Shown here in pieces: positions 1 to 7,214 of a stretch of 49,252 bases of DNA (position 1 is the first letter of the stretch; each line of letters opens with the position of its first letter). Below the pieces are notes generated by a model. That model did not search any database. It was not told the DNA's origin and was given only the letters and a program-made list of their open reading frames with translations. Origin of the DNA: Candidatus Berkelbacteria bacterium (GTDB lineage: Bacteria > Patescibacteriota > UBA1384 > XYA2-FULL-43-10 > 1-14-0-10-43-13); the NCBI GenBank assembly GCA_037140515.1, contig JBAXEI010000005.1:1-49252 (forward strand). The letters run 5' to 3'. The position numbers were made by a program, and so were the translations under genes.

Positions 1-1
1 T

Positions 2-89
2 TGGCGGAGAGAGTGGGATTCGAACCCACGAGACCTTTCGGCCTGGCTGTTTTCAAGACAGCTGCACTCGACCACTATGCGACCTCTCC
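2..89 (-). tRNA. tRNA-Ser(TGA)
   Basis: Reverse complement GGAGAGG...GCTGT-CTTGAAA-ACAGC, long variable arm, GGTTCGAATCC, ends CCA. Confidence 0.95.
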
Positions 90-144
90 GAACAGAGATA
101 TAATATCAGAAAAGAAGCGCTTTATCAATAAACGGAGGTCAGAG

Positions 145-372
145 ATGGGCAGAGGAATGCATACAAGCTATTCGAAGGGGACACCGTTACACATAATTCT
201 CAAAGACGGTTCAATAATCGAGGGTAAATTCTCCGATCACAAGAGCGGCAAAGTTTTGCTTGAAGATGGTCGTGGAATCAAACTAGATCAAGTACGCTCT
301 ATGTCAATTCGTAAGCTCGAAGCAACTACGACAAGTGATGACTCTGTGCCAAAAATTAAATGGCGAATTTGA
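145..372 (+). CDS. Small hypothetical protein, possible Sm/LSm-like or SH3-like beta fold
   Basis: GGAGG at 134-138 precedes ATG 145. LHIILKDGSIIEGKF resembles the Sm1 motif. The upstream part of the 1..372 ORF is antisense tRNA. Confidence 0.6.
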   Translation: MGRGMHTSYSKGTPLHIILKDGSIIEGKFSDHKSGKVLLEDGRGIKLDQVRSMSIRKLEATTTSDDSVPKIKWRI

Positions 373-412
373 CTCTCTCATCTCTGGACTTTAGGGAAGA
401 AATAGGCCCTAT

Positions 413-1027
413 CTACTTAGCTGCATTATTCAGAAATAAAACAGTTGCAATAACCACAACAAGAAAAACTAGCACCACGATTACAGTTGTCAAAGATTTG
501 TTGCTTTCTTTCTTTCCAAAAAAATCCTCATGAACTTTGGCCAGCTCCTCGATCGGACGCTCAGGCACTTTTTCTTCCACCTGGATAGGCGCGATGTGAT
601 TTATCGTAACCACATCTTCTGTTGGTGCCGAAATACGTGCCTGATTGTTCAGTTCCTCTTTTAGATTCAAGCCTTTTTCAATCAGGAGCTTCTGAGTCGA
701 TTGCATATCTCCAACACTGCTTGTGAGCGTGGTTATTTGCCCACGTAGGCTATCAAGGGTTTCTTTGTCGATCATGATGTAGCCATCTGGAATGTAGCTG
801 GCTGGTTTTGCATTTTGTTTCGCGGTTTGCTCAACTGCTTTCACTCTGGCCTCTTCCTCAACAGGATCAACGCCTTTGAGCTTATAAATTACGTCTTTCT
901 TGATTAGGCTCTTACCGTTCACTTCTTTTGCCTTTATTTGATCAGTTTTTATATATCGTTGAATTGTCCGGATGCTGACGCCAAGTATTTCGCCAGCTTC
1001 TTTGGTACTAAGTAAATCGCTCATCAA
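413..1027 (-). CDS. MerR/excisionase-like HTH protein with coiled coil and C-terminal TM helix
   Basis: LLSTKEAGEILGVSIRTIQRYIK HTH; hydrophobic C-terminus VIVVLVFLVVVIATVLFL. Confidence 0.8.
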   Translation of the reverse strand: MMSDLLSTKEAGEILGVSIRTIQRYIKTDQIKAKEVNGKSLIKKDVIYKLKGVDPVEEEARVKAVEQTAKQNAKPASYIPDGYIMIDKETLDSLRGQITTLTSSVGDMQSTQKLLIEKGLNLKEELNNQARISAPTEDVVTINHIAPIQVEEKVPERPIEELAKVHEDFFGKKESNKSLTTVIVVLVFLVVVIATVLFLNNAAK

Positions 1028-1059
1028 TATTCCCTCACATTAAATTAAATATAATGAAT

Positions 1060-1085
1060 TGGATCCCAGCTTTCGCTGGGATGAC
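1060..1085. repeat. REP-like palindrome
   Basis: GGATCCCAGC-TTTC-GCTGGGATGAC; GTCAT terminus on the minus strand. Confidence 0.75.
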
Positions 1086-1118
1086 GCGCCGAACGCGTCA
1101 GATTATATTAAACTAAAA

Positions 1119-1146
1119 AACCTGTCGCTTGGTCAAGCGACAGGTT
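1119..1146 (-). terminator. Intrinsic terminator after the 1156..1680 gene
   Basis: AACCTGTCGCTTG/CAAGCGACAGGTT stem with an A-run on the left (U-tract on minus). Confidence 0.7.
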
Positions 1147-1155
1147 GTCGACAAC

Positions 1156-1680
1156 TTACTCTATGCAGCAATCTATGGCTTTCTTTACGAGCTTACCAAG
1201 TTTGCCAAAAATTCCTTTCTTCTCGGTATCTTTGATGTCCATTTTGTCTTCATCAATTTTTTTCACCGCGCCCATGTCTACAACTTTTAAATTGATTCCC
1301 CAAAAGAGTGAGTAGAGATTATATGCTTTTTCAAACATTTCCTTTGCGTCCTCTTTTTTCCCACGGCCTAGCGCCTTCGTACCGACCTCCATTAGTCGCA
1401 TTGACGATGCCAGCAAATGCTTAGAAATACACCAAACTTCGCCTTCATATTCTTTGATAATTTTCTTGAGCAAATCTTTGCGCATGTCGCGAACTTCTTT
1501 GAGCAGGTCGAAATATTTGTCGTCGCCAGTTTTCTGCGCGGTGAAGAAGAAATGTTCTTCGATTGAGACAAGATTCATGATCGCGATCGATAGATCTTCG
1601 TCTGAGGATAAATCGAGCTTATTGTCCTTCTTTGAATCGTTTACTTTTTGGATAAACTTATCGATGTTGTCTATAGCCAT
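1156..1680 (-). CDS. Hypothetical helical protein with C-terminal CC motif
   Basis: 174-aa ORF, co-oriented with and 12 nt from the upstream gene; ends DCCIE. Confidence 0.8.
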   Translation of the reverse strand: MAIDNIDKFIQKVNDSKKDNKLDLSSDEDLSIAIMNLVSIEEHFFFTAQKTGDDKYFDLLKEVRDMRKDLLKKIIKEYEGEVWCISKHLLASSMRLMEVGTKALGRGKKEDAKEMFEKAYNLYSLFWGINLKVVDMGAVKKIDEDKMDIKDTEKKGIFGKLGKLVKKAIDCCIE

Positions 1681-1692
1681 ATAAAACCTTTT

Positions 1693-2223
1693 TTAATGAA
1701 TATCATTGATCGTAATGTAGTAAAAAATTAATGAAAGTATTGCGATGGGCAGGATTGGCCAAAGGGCTTTTTGAAATGGAAACCAAGCATGTCCGCCATT
1801 TTTTTCTTTGATAATCCGGTACCACCAGTCTCCGAGATAGAAGAAAATACTGCCGATCACAACACCGACAAGAGTCTTATCCATACCCCAGATTTCTTTG
1901 AGCGGATTTCCGACAATATGCTGATAGTAGAGGGGAAGAAATGTGCCAACATAGAAAAGCGCGAAAACTCCGACATTGATTGCCCAGTGGTATTTCCATT
2001 TTCGAAGCCAGTCGATAGTCATGATCGAGCAGAGCACTAGTGCTCCACCAATCCAAAGGCCAGAAATGACATTGTCGATGCCGAACCTCTCCATAAGCGT
2101 GAGTGTGCCAGCAACTACGATTGGACAGACCACTTGGCAAATCGCATAGGCCTTCACAGGCGCAGCAATAGCAAGGAGAGTAACGATAAGTAAAAGTCCA
2201 TAAAAATAGGATTTATTTCTCAT
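1693..2223 (-). CDS. Hypothetical multi-pass membrane protein with N-terminal CxxxC
   Basis: Signal-like N-terminus, AICQVVCP, 4-5 hydrophobic segments. Confidence 0.8.
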   Translation of the reverse strand: MRNKSYFYGLLLIVTLLAIAAPVKAYAICQVVCPIVVAGTLTLMERFGIDNVISGLWIGGALVLCSIMTIDWLRKWKYHWAINVGVFALFYVGTFLPLYYQHIVGNPLKEIWGMDKTLVGVVIGSIFFYLGDWWYRIIKEKNGGHAWFPFQKALWPILPIAILSLIFYYITINDIH

Positions 2224-2293
2224 AAATTCTGAAACCTCATAGTTTAATTAATTATATTATTACTGTTTTTTTTCCAATTATCAACCGATATGC

Positions 2294-2383
2294 TGTCGTC
2301 CCAGCCTGTGAGCTTGAGAGGTGGGATCTAGGAAGTTTTTTCCAAATTATATTCGCCTGGATCCCAGCCTGCGCTGGGATAAC
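2294..2383. repeat. REP-like inverted doublet
   Basis: TGTCGTCCCAGC...GGGATCT and TGGATCCCAGCCTGCGCTGGGATAAC. Confidence 0.7.
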
Positions 2384-2500
2384 GCAACAGTATTTTCTGC
2401 CGTCTAGAATTTGACAAAATATTATGTTAAAATATCGATGTTCACTTGAGAGAGATATGGAAGCCCATATCATTTAAATTTTGTTGTGTGATTTAGTCAT

Positions 2501-2593
2501 GGAAGGTTACCCAAGTGGCTTACGGGAGCGGTTTGCTAAACCGCCGGTGGTCTAAAAGCCGCCACGAGGGTTCGAATCCCTCACCTTCCGCCA
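2501..2593 (+). tRNA. tRNA-Ser(GCT)
   Basis: GGAAGGT acceptor, GCGGT-TTGCTAA-ACCGC anticodon arm, long variable arm, GGTTCGAATCC, CCA. Confidence 0.95.
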
Positions 2594-2765
2594 AACGACA
2601 TTGCATGAATCTCAGGTTAAATATTGCGCAAAGCAAAAATTAAGTCGGGATTCGAACAGGGATGGGGTTGGGAAACGGTAGTTTCCCGCGGAGGAAAGTA
2701 ATGAAAACCGTGGGTTGAGATAAGCGAGAGGGTTGCGACCGCTCAAGATCCCTCACCTTCCGCCA
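2594..2765 (+). mobile_element. tRNA-associated miniature element with duplicated tRNA 3' end (copy 1)
   Basis: ATCCCTCACCTTCCGCCA at 2576-2593 is repeated at 2748-2765. The core at 2648-2747 matches the element at 21499-21596. Confidence 0.7.
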
Positions 2766-2874
2766 CGCTTAGCGTGACAAAAGGGACGCTCAGCGTCCCG
2801 CCAACACAAAAAGTATTTGCATCGTTCGATTTAGAATAATCAACGTTCGTAATGAAACATGAAAGGTGGGGAAA

Positions 2875-3387
2875 ATGAGTGAAAAACTGAACCTTAAAAA
2901 GAGAATAGTCATTCCTGATATCCAAAATACTGCACCTACTTTATCTTGGGAATCACCTGATTTTGTGCTTCATCCACGAAGCGCCAAGTCTTATGTGATT
3001 ATCGTTGGTGGCGCACTTCTGATCTCAGGATTTATGTATGTTCAGCAGATATGGACGGGTCTTGCTCTTGTGCTTTTTGCATTGGTCTACATTGTTTTCA
3101 CAGGACGTCAGAAGCCAAAAAACGTCACGTGCGCGCTTTATGATGAGGGCGTAGTTGTAGATGGTAAAGTTTATGCGTATGAAGAGTTCAAATCATTTTG
3201 GACTGCATATGGGGATATCCCTAAGATCAAGCTGCAGTTGGTAGGACGATTCGCAGGGCAGGTCACAATGCCAGTATCTGAGCATGATCTGACTGTGGTT
3301 GGCCAATTTCTTACCGAGCACTTGCCCGAAGAAGAAGACAAAGGTGAAGATCTTGTAGACATCATCAACAGGTTGATTAAATTTTAG
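2875..3387 (+). CDS. Hypothetical membrane protein (2 TM plus small cytoplasmic domain)
   Basis: LSWESPDF...two TM helices...YDEGVVVDGKVYAYEEFKSFW. Confidence 0.8.
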   Translation: MSEKLNLKKRIVIPDIQNTAPTLSWESPDFVLHPRSAKSYVIIVGGALLISGFMYVQQIWTGLALVLFALVYIVFTGRQKPKNVTCALYDEGVVVDGKVYAYEEFKSFWTAYGDIPKIKLQLVGRFAGQVTMPVSEHDLTVVGQFLTEHLPEEEDKGEDLVDIINRLIKF

Positions 3388-3409
3388 TATATAATTCGAA
3401 TTATATTTT

Positions 3410-3485
3410 GCCCCTTTAGCTCAGTGGATAGAGCGCACGGTTGCGGTCCGTGAGGCCAGAGGTCCGATCCCTCTAAGGGGTACCA
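3410..3485 (+). tRNA. tRNA-Arg(GCG)
   Basis: GCCCCTT/AAGGGGT acceptor, CACGG-TTGCGGT-CCGTG anticodon arm, CCA; T-loop reads TCCGATC. Confidence 0.9.
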
Positions 3486-3513
3486 TTTGAATTATTATAA
3501 TTTTTATATACAC

Positions 3514-4791
3514 ATGCGAGACATAGAATTCAAAAAAATCATCTTGGAAAACAACATTCGGCTTATTTTGGTGCCCGACAGCGCCAAGCAGGTTGTGACA
3601 AGTATGATTCTTTTTGGTGTTGGCAGTCGCTACGAAGAAGAGGAATATGCAGGTATTTCTCATGTTCTCGAGCACATGTTTTACAAAGGATCGCAGAAGC
3701 GCCCTACAGCCTTAGACGTTTCAGAGTTTATCGAAAATATTGGCGGTGAGCACAATGCTTTTACTAGTAAAGAATACACTGGATATTATACAAAAGTTGC
3801 CTACAAACACGTTAAAAAAGCGATTGATTTTCTCTCTGATCTTGTTTCAAATCCCCTTTTTCCAGCTGCTGAGCTTGAGCGAGAGAAGAACGTAATCCTC
3901 CAGGAAGTCGATATGTATGAAGATTTGCCGATGGAGGTCGCTGCTAGCAATCTCGAAAAGGCACTTTTTGGCGATAATGCTCTCGGCCGAGATGTAATTG
4001 GCACAAAAAAGAGCATCCAAGATGTCAAAAGAGAAGACTTGGTAAACTATCGTGGCAAATACTATTCAGGCTCAAACACAGTCATAGTTTTGGCTGGAAA
4101 TTTTAATAAAATGACCGAAAAAGAAATAGTTGATCTCGTCGAGAAATCATTTGACATCAAAGAAGGTAAAAAATCCGAATATCCACTAGTGAAGCTCACT
4201 CTCAAAAAAGCTTCGAGTGTTGTCGAAAAACCGACTGAACAGTCCCACTTGCTAATCGGCTTCCGTGGCGTTTCATATGATGATGCTGATAGACACAAAT
4301 TACGTGTCCTTGCTTTAATCTTAGGCGGATCGATGAGCTCGCGTATGTTTACTGAGATACGTGAAAAACGGGGTCTCGCATATTCTGTCCATACTTCGAG
4401 CTCAAATTATCAGGACACGGGCGTGCTCGATACTTATGCTGGTGTTCCACATGCTCGTGTTGAAGAAGCAATCGCCGCGATTATCAACGAATATAGCCGA
4501 GTCAAGCTTGACGTGACAGAAAATGAGCTTACGAGAGCCAAGGAAATTATATTTGGACGAATGCTGATTGGTAGTGAAGATTCAAGTGAGCTTGCAAGCA
4601 TGTATGCGATGAACGAGCTCCTTACAGGCAAGATTATGACCATCAAGCAAATTACTGAAATATACGAAAAGATTACTATTGCTGATGTGATGCAAGTCGC
4701 CAAGAAATATTTAATCGACGAGAGAATGGCGCTTAGCTTCGTAGGGCCAAAAATTGATAAAAAAATGCTAAATAAAGTATTTAAGATATAG
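3514..4791 (+). CDS. M16 family (insulinase-like) zinc peptidase
   Basis: Inverted zinc motif HVLEH, NAFTSKEYT, SRMFTEIREKRGLAY. Confidence 0.95.
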   Translation: MRDIEFKKIILENNIRLILVPDSAKQVVTSMILFGVGSRYEEEEYAGISHVLEHMFYKGSQKRPTALDVSEFIENIGGEHNAFTSKEYTGYYTKVAYKHVKKAIDFLSDLVSNPLFPAAELEREKNVILQEVDMYEDLPMEVAASNLEKALFGDNALGRDVIGTKKSIQDVKREDLVNYRGKYYSGSNTVIVLAGNFNKMTEKEIVDLVEKSFDIKEGKKSEYPLVKLTLKKASSVVEKPTEQSHLLIGFRGVSYDDADRHKLRVLALILGGSMSSRMFTEIREKRGLAYSVHTSSSNYQDTGVLDTYAGVPHARVEEAIAAIINEYSRVKLDVTENELTRAKEIIFGRMLIGSEDSSELASMYAMNELLTGKIMTIKQITEIYEKITIADVMQVAKKYLIDERMALSFVGPKIDKKMLNKVFKI

Positions 4792-4798
4792 GAGAAAT

Positions 4799-5401
4799 AT
4801 GGACAAAAAGGTAAATCCTGCGCTTGAAAGAACATTCGTCATGGTCAAGCCAGACGGCGTTGAGCGTGGTATCATTGGTCAAGTAATTTCCCGAATAGAG
4901 CAGAGAGGGTTGAAGATTATTGCGATGAAAATGGTCAAGCCTACTCTCGAGCACATCGACAAGCATTATCCAACTGATGAAGCTTGGATCGCACGTCTAG
5001 GCGACAAGGGTTTCAATGTATTCAAAGAACTTGGCTTAGATCCAATGGAAGTGATGGGAACGGATAATAATTTAGAGGCTGGTAAGATGGTTCGTGGTTG
5101 GCTTGTAAGCTACATGGTAGAGGCACCAGTTGTTGCTATGGTAGTCGAAGGATTCCACGCCCGTGACATGGTCCGCAAGATCGCTGGTCACACTCTTCCT
5201 AGCAAGGCTGAAATTGGCACTGTAAGAGGCGATTTCTCCGTTGACTCACCGGCAGCTGCCAATACCCAAATGCGCGCAATTAAGAACATTATGCATGCTT
5301 CAGAAACTGTCGAAGAAGCCAAAAACGAGATCGCTCATTGGTTTGCCGAAGAGGAAATCTTCGACGACTATGCTCGTTCAGATCATTCTGCAATGTACTA
5401 A
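4799..5401 (+). CDS. ndk: Nucleoside diphosphate kinase
   Basis: ERTFVMVKPDGV, GTVRGDF, NIMHAS catalytic His. Confidence 0.95.
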   Translation: MDKKVNPALERTFVMVKPDGVERGIIGQVISRIEQRGLKIIAMKMVKPTLEHIDKHYPTDEAWIARLGDKGFNVFKELGLDPMEVMGTDNNLEAGKMVRGWLVSYMVEAPVVAMVVEGFHARDMVRKIAGHTLPSKAEIGTVRGDFSVDSPAAANTQMRAIKNIMHASETVEEAKNEIAHWFAEEEIFDDYARSDHSAMY

Positions 5402-5483
5402 ATTGTTTAGATTAGAAATATGCAAATCAGCTTCCAGAAGGGAGCTGATTTTCAATAACTCAATTTTTCGGTATAATAGAACA

Positions 5484-6587
5484 ATGAATTATATTCTACC
5501 TTTCCTAAGCGCTTTAGCTATCTCAGCTGTTCTGACAGGCTTTTTGCGACAAATCGGCTTGAAAAAAGGAATCGTCAGTCGTCCTAGAGCACGTGATATC
5601 CACAAGGAGGCGATTCCGCGTATCGGGGGTGTTGCGATAGCGAGCTCATTTATCTTTGTTACGATTATCGTTTTTTCTTTTATTTATCCAAATTTACATT
5701 TTACAGGGCTGAAGATCTTCGGAATAGATCGTCATCTTTCTGGTATTCTGCTTGGTGGTTTGCTGATCTCGGCAACAATGCTTTACGATGACATAGTTGG
5801 ACTGAAGTCCTATAAGAAGCTGGTAATTCAGATAATAATTTCCTTGGTTGTGATCGCATCTGGGATCGGGATCGATCACCTCGCAAATCCTTTTGGCAAC
5901 GCTCTTGATCTAAATTCAGTTTATGTTCCGATTTTTACACTTCACGGGATTGTTTATCACTTCTCCCTTTGGTCCGATCTCCTAACTCTTCTCTGGCTTG
6001 TCATGATGATGAACGTGATCAATTTTGTGGACGGCGTTGACGGTCTTGCTGGTGGCTTATCTAGTATCGCTGCTTTCGTAATATTTCTACTCTCAATCAC
6101 ACTTCTCGTAAATCAGCCAGCCACTGCCATGATCTCGATTATCCTTTGTGGCTCTGCACTTGGCTTCCTGATATGGAACTTCCCTCCAGCAAAAATATTT
6201 ATGGGCGATTCCGGTAGTATGTTCTTGGGCCTTATGCTTGGTATTTTGCCGTTACTTTCAGGCGGCAAGCTCGCAACCAGTTTTTTGGTACTTGGTTTTC
6301 CTATTGTTGATGGCATCTTTGTTGCTCTTAGCCGGCTACTTCGAGGCAAGAATCCTATTACCACGCCGGACAAGACGCATCTTCATCATCGGTTCCTTCT
6401 GGCTGGCTTCTCTCCTCGCCAAGCTGTCCTCTCGATTTATCTTATTGCAGCTCTTTTTGGCTGGGTTGCCCTTAGATCAACTACCTATGACAAGATGATT
6501 GCCTCGATCGTCTTAATAATTTCGCTTTTGATTTTGATTCTGGTTCTAAATTTAGTTTCGAAATACAAGAAAAACACCAAACTTTGA
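5484..6587 (+). CDS. Undecaprenyl-phosphate GlcNAc-1-phosphate transferase (WecA/TagO, MraY-like family)
   Basis: YDD, NFVDGVDGL, IFMGDSGS, HLHH motifs; many TM helices. Confidence 0.92.
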   Translation: MNYILPFLSALAISAVLTGFLRQIGLKKGIVSRPRARDIHKEAIPRIGGVAIASSFIFVTIIVFSFIYPNLHFTGLKIFGIDRHLSGILLGGLLISATMLYDDIVGLKSYKKLVIQIIISLVVIASGIGIDHLANPFGNALDLNSVYVPIFTLHGIVYHFSLWSDLLTLLWLVMMMNVINFVDGVDGLAGGLSSIAAFVIFLLSITLLVNQPATAMISIILCGSALGFLIWNFPPAKIFMGDSGSMFLGLMLGILPLLSGGKLATSFLVLGFPIVDGIFVALSRLLRGKNPITTPDKTHLHHRFLLAGFSPRQAVLSIYLIAALFGWVALRSTTYDKMIASIVLIISLLILILVLNLVSKYKKNTKL

Positions 6588-6608
6588 CTAATAACATATA
6601 ATATCAAC

Positions 6609-7124
6609 ATGGAAAAAGAATTTACGTTCAAAGGGCAGCACACCGATGAAAAGGTAATAGAAGTCGTGAATAGCCACCCATATGTGGTTTATCCAGCGGG
6701 GTTCAGAATGATGCTGATGCTTGTTGCCGCGGTTGGCTTGCTTTTATTTCCGCCACACATTGCTACGTGGTCAGTCACACTCGCAATTGCGATTACCGTT
6801 TTTGCTGTACTTTATTTTATAAATGCTTACTATTCTTTCAAAGAATCGCTTTTTATTGTGACAAATCAACGATTGGTTGCGATAACACAAAAGGGCTTTT
6901 TCGCGAAGAAGACAGTTGAAACTGATATTCGCAATATTATTGACATTTCTAGCGAGATGCACGGTTTTTTCAAGACGATGCTTTGTTATGGTGATCTGAT
7001 CATTCGTACCGCCGGCGCGAAGGAAAAGGGCGATATTATCGTTGAGAATATTCCAGACCCACAATATATTCAGGACAAAATAAGCTCCATGCGCCCTCAA
7101 ATACAAGAAGAAATCGTTACATAG
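6609..7124 (+). CDS. Membrane protein with bacterial PH domain
   Basis: Two TM helices, then IVTNQRLV...YGDLIIRTAG...IPDP. Confidence 0.8.
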   Translation: MEKEFTFKGQHTDEKVIEVVNSHPYVVYPAGFRMMLMLVAAVGLLLFPPHIATWSVTLAIAITVFAVLYFINAYYSFKESLFIVTNQRLVAITQKGFFAKKTVETDIRNIIDISSEMHGFFKTMLCYGDLIIRTAGAKEKGDIIVENIPDPQYIQDKISSMRPQIQEEIVT

Positions 7125-7128
7125 AACT

Positions 7129-7189
7129 TGTCATCCTGAACTTGCTGTGCCACTTCCGTAGCCTTGGCGAAGGGTGGTTTCAGAATCCC
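7129..7189. repeat. REP-like palindrome with nested 33-nt insert
   Basis: TGTCATCCTGAACTTG[CTGTGCCACTTCCGTAGCCTTGGCGAAGGGTGG]TTTCAGAATCCC. Confidence 0.8.
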
Positions 7190-7214
7190 TTTGCTATGTA
7201 AGCGGTCATAATCA

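Noticed and set aside
1-144. N-terminal part of ORF 1..372 (MAERVGFEPT...)
   Set aside because: It is the antisense translation of tRNA-Ser. The likely start is ATG 145.
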